From: a bacterium
Lineage (GTDB): Bacteria > UBA8248
Length of the DNA stretch: 64,000 bases
Reading direction: 5' to 3'
Assembly (NCBI GenBank): GCA_965221165.1
Contig: CBDCRP010000002.1
Coordinates: 1,056,001 to 1,120,000 of the forward strand
The notes under the pieces: generated by a model
Seen by the model: the letters and a program-made list of their open reading frames with translations, nothing else
The model's database searches: none
Told to the model about the DNA's origin: nothing
Shown: piece after piece, positions 60,144 through 64,000 of the stretch
How positions within the stretch are numbered: position 1 is the stretch's first letter
Layout: each line of letters opens with the position of its first letter
Made by a program: the position numbers and the translations under genes

Positions 60144-60925
60144 TTTCCCCTGGAAGGCGTGGAGGTTCATCGGAACAGGCTCGCGCCTATCGACAAGCAG
60201 GGCACGACGACGCGACAATTTTTGCTCTACTTCTTGGCCTTGCTGATGGATACCGCCGTGATCCTAAAGCCAAAAAAGATGTTATTGACCCAGCTGGTGA
60301 TGCTCACTCACTTAAATCAGGAAAAAAGAAGTGGCAAGTGTTCCTGTATAGACGAAGCCGATTTCTGGAAGACGACGGATTTCAGGCGTTGAATGGCATC
60401 GGAACATTACTTGCTCACTGTATTGATGCTTTCCCGCCGCGCTATGAGGATTATCGGGGCAATGAAGCTGCGGCTAAAATCCGTTTACAGGCACCGATGC
60501 GAGAACTAAAAGACAGGTTTCAGCGCAAGGCTCTACTCCGTGCTTTTCTCAAGAAAGCAATATTCAACGGCGGTGAAGTGAACTACCTGACAATCTGCCA
60601 CGAAGATCGCTATCATGTGTATTGGAATGATGATGTCGTAAAAATAATGGCGAATGGGTTTAGTGTTGAAAATTCAAAGGCGCGTCCAGGAAGAAGGAAT
60701 GAATTTGACGATCAAAAGGTGCTATTCAAATATAAAGGGCTGAATGTTGGTGAACTAGAGATGCGTAACGATAGCGCAAAGCATTACGGCCAAGTTCGGT
60801 TCAATATGATAAAGGATAGGTGCTTCGAGCTATTGCAAGACGCGATGCTTGAATCATCGGAATGGTCTCCCGAAATCATCGTTTATGGTTATGCAGTGCG
60901 AACATTTGGAAAATGGAATTCATAA
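60140..60925 (+). CDS. Putative type II restriction endonuclease
   Basis: ATGA-coupled to the MTase; KKDV...SLKS PD-(D/E)XK-like core. Confidence 0.65.
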   Translation: MISPGRRGGSSEQARAYRQAGHDDATIFALLLGLADGYRRDPKAKKDVIDPAGDAHSLKSGKKKWQVFLYRRSRFLEDDGFQALNGIGTLLAHCIDAFPPRYEDYRGNEAAAKIRLQAPMRELKDRFQRKALLRAFLKKAIFNGGEVNYLTICHEDRYHVYWNDDVVKIMANGFSVENSKARPGRRNEFDDQKVLFKYKGLNVGELEMRNDSAKHYGQVRFNMIKDRCFELLQDAMLESSEWSPEIIVYGYAVRTFGKWNS

Positions 60926-60935
60926 AGACATTCTC

Positions 60936-61112
60936 ATGAAAAATCGAACCCTCACGCTCAAGTCCACAGACTACCAGCCGAGCAAGGCTGAACTGGAGAA
61001 AAAGGTGCGCATAAAAACCACACCAGAGAACCTTGCCAAAGCGATGGTTCAGGACGTGAAAATCAAGCACTCACCCGACGCCAAGCAGGCTGAATGCTAC
61101 GCTGGCAAATAA
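60936..61112 (+). CDS. Small hypothetical protein at the element end
   Basis: 58 aa, YQPSKAELE...TPENLAKA; stop lies within the candidate terminal repeat. Confidence 0.5.
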   Translation: MKNRTLTLKSTDYQPSKAELEKKVRIKTTPENLAKAMVQDVKIKHSPDAKQAECYAGK

Positions 61113-61169
61113 TTCCTTAAATTTTGATGAGAAAATAACGGGCGCATGCGGGACGCTTTTCATCAAGGC

Positions 61170-61247
61170 GTAAGGCCCAACCGGCGCATCATCTTCCGCT
61201 TCGAGGGTGAGGATGCGCACGACGTTGAACTCATCGACTATCACTGA
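61170..61247 (+). pseudogene. higB: 3' remnant of HigB (RelE-like) toxin
   Basis: VRPNRRIIFRFEGEDAHDVELIDYH* directly before higA; 5' part missing. Confidence 0.8.
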
Positions 61248-61263
61248 ATAAAGGAGGACCCCC

Positions 61264-61557
61264 ATGCCCATGAAGAGTCCGCCGCATCCCGGCAAGGTCG
61301 TGCGCGTCTCCTGTCTGGAGCCGCTGGGCCTGAGCGTGACCGAAGGCGCCAAAGCGCTGGGCGTCAGCCGCCAGGCCCTCTCGAACCTGGTGAACGGGCG
61401 CGCGCGGATGTCGTCCGAGATGGCGATTCGCCTCGCCAAGGCCTTCGGCTCCACGACCGAGACCTGGATACGCCTTCAGACGGCTTACGACATCGCCCTG
61501 GCGCATGAGCGCGAGGATGAAATCGAGATCGAGCGCTGCGAGCCGCAACCGGCGTGA
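61264..61557 (+). CDS. higA: HigA-family antitoxin (HTH)
   Basis: [35 protein letters not shown]; AAGGAGG RBS. Confidence 0.92.
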   Translation: MPMKSPPHPGKVVRVSCLEPLGLSVTEGAKALGVSRQALSNLVNGRARMSSEMAIRLAKAFGSTTETWIRLQTAYDIALAHEREDEIEIERCEPQPA

Positions 61558-62020
61558 GACGAACCGACTCTAAGCGAACTGCGCGGGCCAACCTCGACCG
61601 GAGAAGGGGACCCCCTGAGTCGCCTGCGAAATCGCACCCTCTCCCGCCACCAGCACGACGTGATTTAGCCGGACGCGCTCGCGGAAGCGCTCAGGAGTGG
61701 AATCCCGGACGAAGGCGTCCACGCGAAACGGGGGGTTGTTCTCCTCAAACGCTTCTTTCAGATCATAGACGAAGGCGGCTTTGGGCGGGTTCTGCGAACA
61801 CCGCCATGTCGAGATCGGATTCGGGGCGCGACGCGCCCTTCGCGCGGGAGCCGTATACCCAGGCGGCGGCCTGGGAAAAGGCGCTCATCATCGCAGGCGG
61901 AATGGATTCGTCAATAAATCGGGACGCGCATTTGCCCGCATTTGCGGTGTGCGCGGGCGAGCGGCTTCGGGTAAATTTCCCGCGGCGCTTACTCCGGGCC
62001 GCACCGGTAACATCGAATTC

Positions 62021-62103
62021 GAATATCTGAAAATATCTGAAAAATGGTGAAAATATCTGAAAATAAGTGAAAATTCATCCTATTGATAAATATAGAGTTA
62101 TAC
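62021..62103. repeat. Five 10-bp-phased TGAAAA units followed by an IHF-like box (second copy of the 23371 element)
   Basis: TGAAAA at 62028, 62038, 62048, 62058 and 62068, then CCTATTGATAAATATAGAGTTAT. Confidence 0.8.
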
Positions 62104-62235
62104 GCGATTCCCCCTTTTCCAGGGGGGTGGGGGGGGCTATCCCGCGCGAAGGGGAAGGAATTTCGCTGCGAAAAATCAAACAGCGTTTTTTTCGGCTAAA
62201 AACTTAGTTTTTCCCCTTTTTTTCGCTAAAAGGCC

Positions 62236-63453
62236 CTAAAGCGCGCCCGCGAAAGCCTCTCCCGCCAGCAGACGGCCGAGTTTCAAGCGCGTGGTGTCGT
62301 TCAAGCCGTCGATGTGATAGCACATCATCGCGTCGCGCAGGTGCCGCTCGGCCGGATGGGTGTCCATGTAGCCGTTGCCGCCGAAGATGTTCATCGCCTT
62401 GATGCAGACCTGGGGCGCCATCTCGGAGGCGAACAGGGCGCAGCGCATGCCCTCCTTGTGGTCGTACTCGCCATCAGCCGCCGTATCCGCGTGCCAGGCC
62501 GCGCGCCAGATGGCGTCCCGCGCGACGGAGATGCTCACGTACATGTCGGCCAGAATCTCGCGAATCCGCGCGTGCTCGATGATGGGCTTTCCGCCCTGGA
62601 CGCGCTCCCTCGCGTAGGTCATGGCGTCCTCATAGGCGGCGCGCGCGATGCCGACGGCGAAAGTCGCCGTGGTGGGTGAGTGGCGCGAGAAGACGCGGGC
62701 CATATAGGGCAGGCCGCCGTCCACCTCGCTGAGACGCCATTTCTCGGGTACCTCTGCGTTCTCGTAGATGAGCTCTGCGTTCATCAAGAGGCGCGCGCCG
62801 AGCTTTCCGTGGATGGTTCCGCGCCTAAAGCCGGGGATCTCGTCCGTCATGATGAACGCGGTGACTCCCTCGTTGACGGGAACGTTCGGGTTGGTTCTCG
62901 CGAGCACGAAATTGATGTTGCTCATCGCCGCGCAGGCGATGAAGTGCTTCTTGCCGTTCAAAATCCAGTTATCGCCCTGTTTTACGGCGGAGAGCCGCGC
63001 GCCGCCGTCGATGTTCGTGGCGGGCATGATGTTGTCCGTACCCGCCTGGGGCTCCGTCAGGCCAATGGCCATGGTGGAGGTGTCCACGTCCATGTAGCGG
63101 GGCAGAAATTCCGCCAACTGCTCCTCGGTGGTGAAGTGGCAGAGCATCTTGGCGATCTTCCAGTTCTGGTGGATGACGGAGGCGAAGCCCGCCTCGCCCT
63201 GAAAAAGCTCCTCCAGCAAGACCACGTGCGCGAATATGCCCAACCCCTCCCCGCCCATTTCCTTGGGCGTCGTGAGCGTTCGGATGCCCGCCGCGGAGGC
63301 CTTCTTCAATGCTTCCACGGGAAAGGGGTGCGCCGGGTCGACGCCGTTTCGCCGATCCCACTCGGCGGCATAGGGCCTCAACTCGTTTTTGGAGAATTCA
63401 GCGATTTTTTCCTGCCAGCCTTTCAGTTCGTCGTCCAGAATATAATCAACCAT
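62236..63453 (-). CDS. Acyl-CoA dehydrogenase family protein
   Basis: LTEPQAGTD, NGKKHFI, RVQGGKPI, IFGGNGY. Confidence 0.92.
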   Translation of the reverse strand: MVDYILDDELKGWQEKIAEFSKNELRPYAAEWDRRNGVDPAHPFPVEALKKASAAGIRTLTTPKEMGGEGLGIFAHVVLLEELFQGEAGFASVIHQNWKIAKMLCHFTTEEQLAEFLPRYMDVDTSTMAIGLTEPQAGTDNIMPATNIDGGARLSAVKQGDNWILNGKKHFIACAAMSNINFVLARTNPNVPVNEGVTAFIMTDEIPGFRRGTIHGKLGARLLMNAELIYENAEVPEKWRLSEVDGGLPYMARVFSRHSPTTATFAVGIARAAYEDAMTYARERVQGGKPIIEHARIREILADMYVSISVARDAIWRAAWHADTAADGEYDHKEGMRCALFASEMAPQVCIKAMNIFGGNGYMDTHPAERHLRDAMMCYHIDGLNDTTRLKLGRLLAGEAFAGAL

Positions 63454-63502
63454 GTCGACTCCCTCGCATGAAGGTTTACGAACCCGATATTCTCCCGGTT
63501 TC

Positions 63503-64000
63503 CTATTCCAAGGCTTTATTTTTTCGATACAAACGAATCAATTCCGCATCCCGCGCCCGCGCCGCTTCCCGGGCCGATTCCTCCGTCCATTTATAAAACC
63601 CCTCGCCGCTCTTGAGACCAAGCAGATTCTTCTCCACCATCTCGTCCATCAAAGGCGAGGGTTCGGGGCGGTGATCGAGGGAGGGCTGGATATTCCGATG
63701 CACGTCGCGCAGCACGTCCATCCCGGAGAAATCGTTGAGCATGCAAAGCCCCAGCGCGGGAAAAAGCGGGGCGAGAGAGCACCATACGGCATCGACGTCC
63801 TCAGGGCGTGCATAGCCTTTTTCCACGATATTAAATGCCTCACGCCTGAGAGCCGTCGTGAGCCTCACCCCGATGTGCCCGGGCACTTCGCGGCATACGA
63901 TGGGCTCCTTGCCCGATTTGTTTAATAACTCGCACGTGATTCGCGTCGTATCCGAACCGGTTCGGCGACCGGGGGAAACCTCCACGACGGGGATCAGATG
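63503..64000 (-). CDS. 3-hydroxyacyl-CoA dehydrogenase family protein, 3' part (begins outside window)
   Basis: HLIPVVEVSPG, PGHIGVRL..ALRREA, LGLKSGEGFY. Confidence 0.85.
   Translation of the reverse strand, partial: HLIPVVEVSPGRRTGSDTTRITCELLNKSGKEPIVCREVPGHIGVRLTTALRREAFNIVEKGYARPEDVDAVWCSLAPLFPALGLCMLNDFSGMDVLRDVHRNIQPSLDHRPEPSPLMDEMVEKNLLGLKSGEGFYKWTEESAREAARARDAELIRLYRKNKALE

Larger units (their letters stand above)
58813..61118 (+). mobile_element. Decayed IS1595-family element with passenger R-M genes
   Basis: Transposase remnant, AT-richer cargo, candidate right end TGGCAAATAATTCCTT at 61103-61118; left end not found. Confidence 0.6.

Noticed and set aside
61554-62030. ORFs downstream of higA
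   Set aside because: No RBS or recognisable domain; probably eroded DNA

Overview
High-GC bacterial chromosome segment, mostly catabolic and housekeeping genes: AddAB-like helicase/nuclease, SDRs, acyl-CoA and hydroxyacyl-CoA dehydrogenases, a GntR-controlled peptide-ABC/M24 cluster, malQ and epimerases. It carries a tRNA-Sec and a DsrE-like gene whose in-frame UGA sits at a UxxC motif (likely selenoprotein missed by the ORF track). Accessory features are: a complete partner-switching cluster (STAS, RsbW, REC-RsbU, REC, HAMP kinase, periplasmic binding protein) next to an NCS2 nucleobase permease fused to a degenerate RsbW-like domain; an AT-richer island with an HD dNTPase and a YwgA/SocA-like partner; a decayed IS1595 carrying a type II R-M pair beside a broken higB and intact higA; RTX Ca-binding cassettes inside a hydantoinase scar; GTAG REP clusters; three palindromic repeats before an AAA_14/DUF4143 ATPase; and two copies of an unexplained element with 10-bp-phased GAAAA repeats plus an IHF-like box. 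No CRISPR array or rRNA was seen. All calls come from visual motif recognition; no database search was run.
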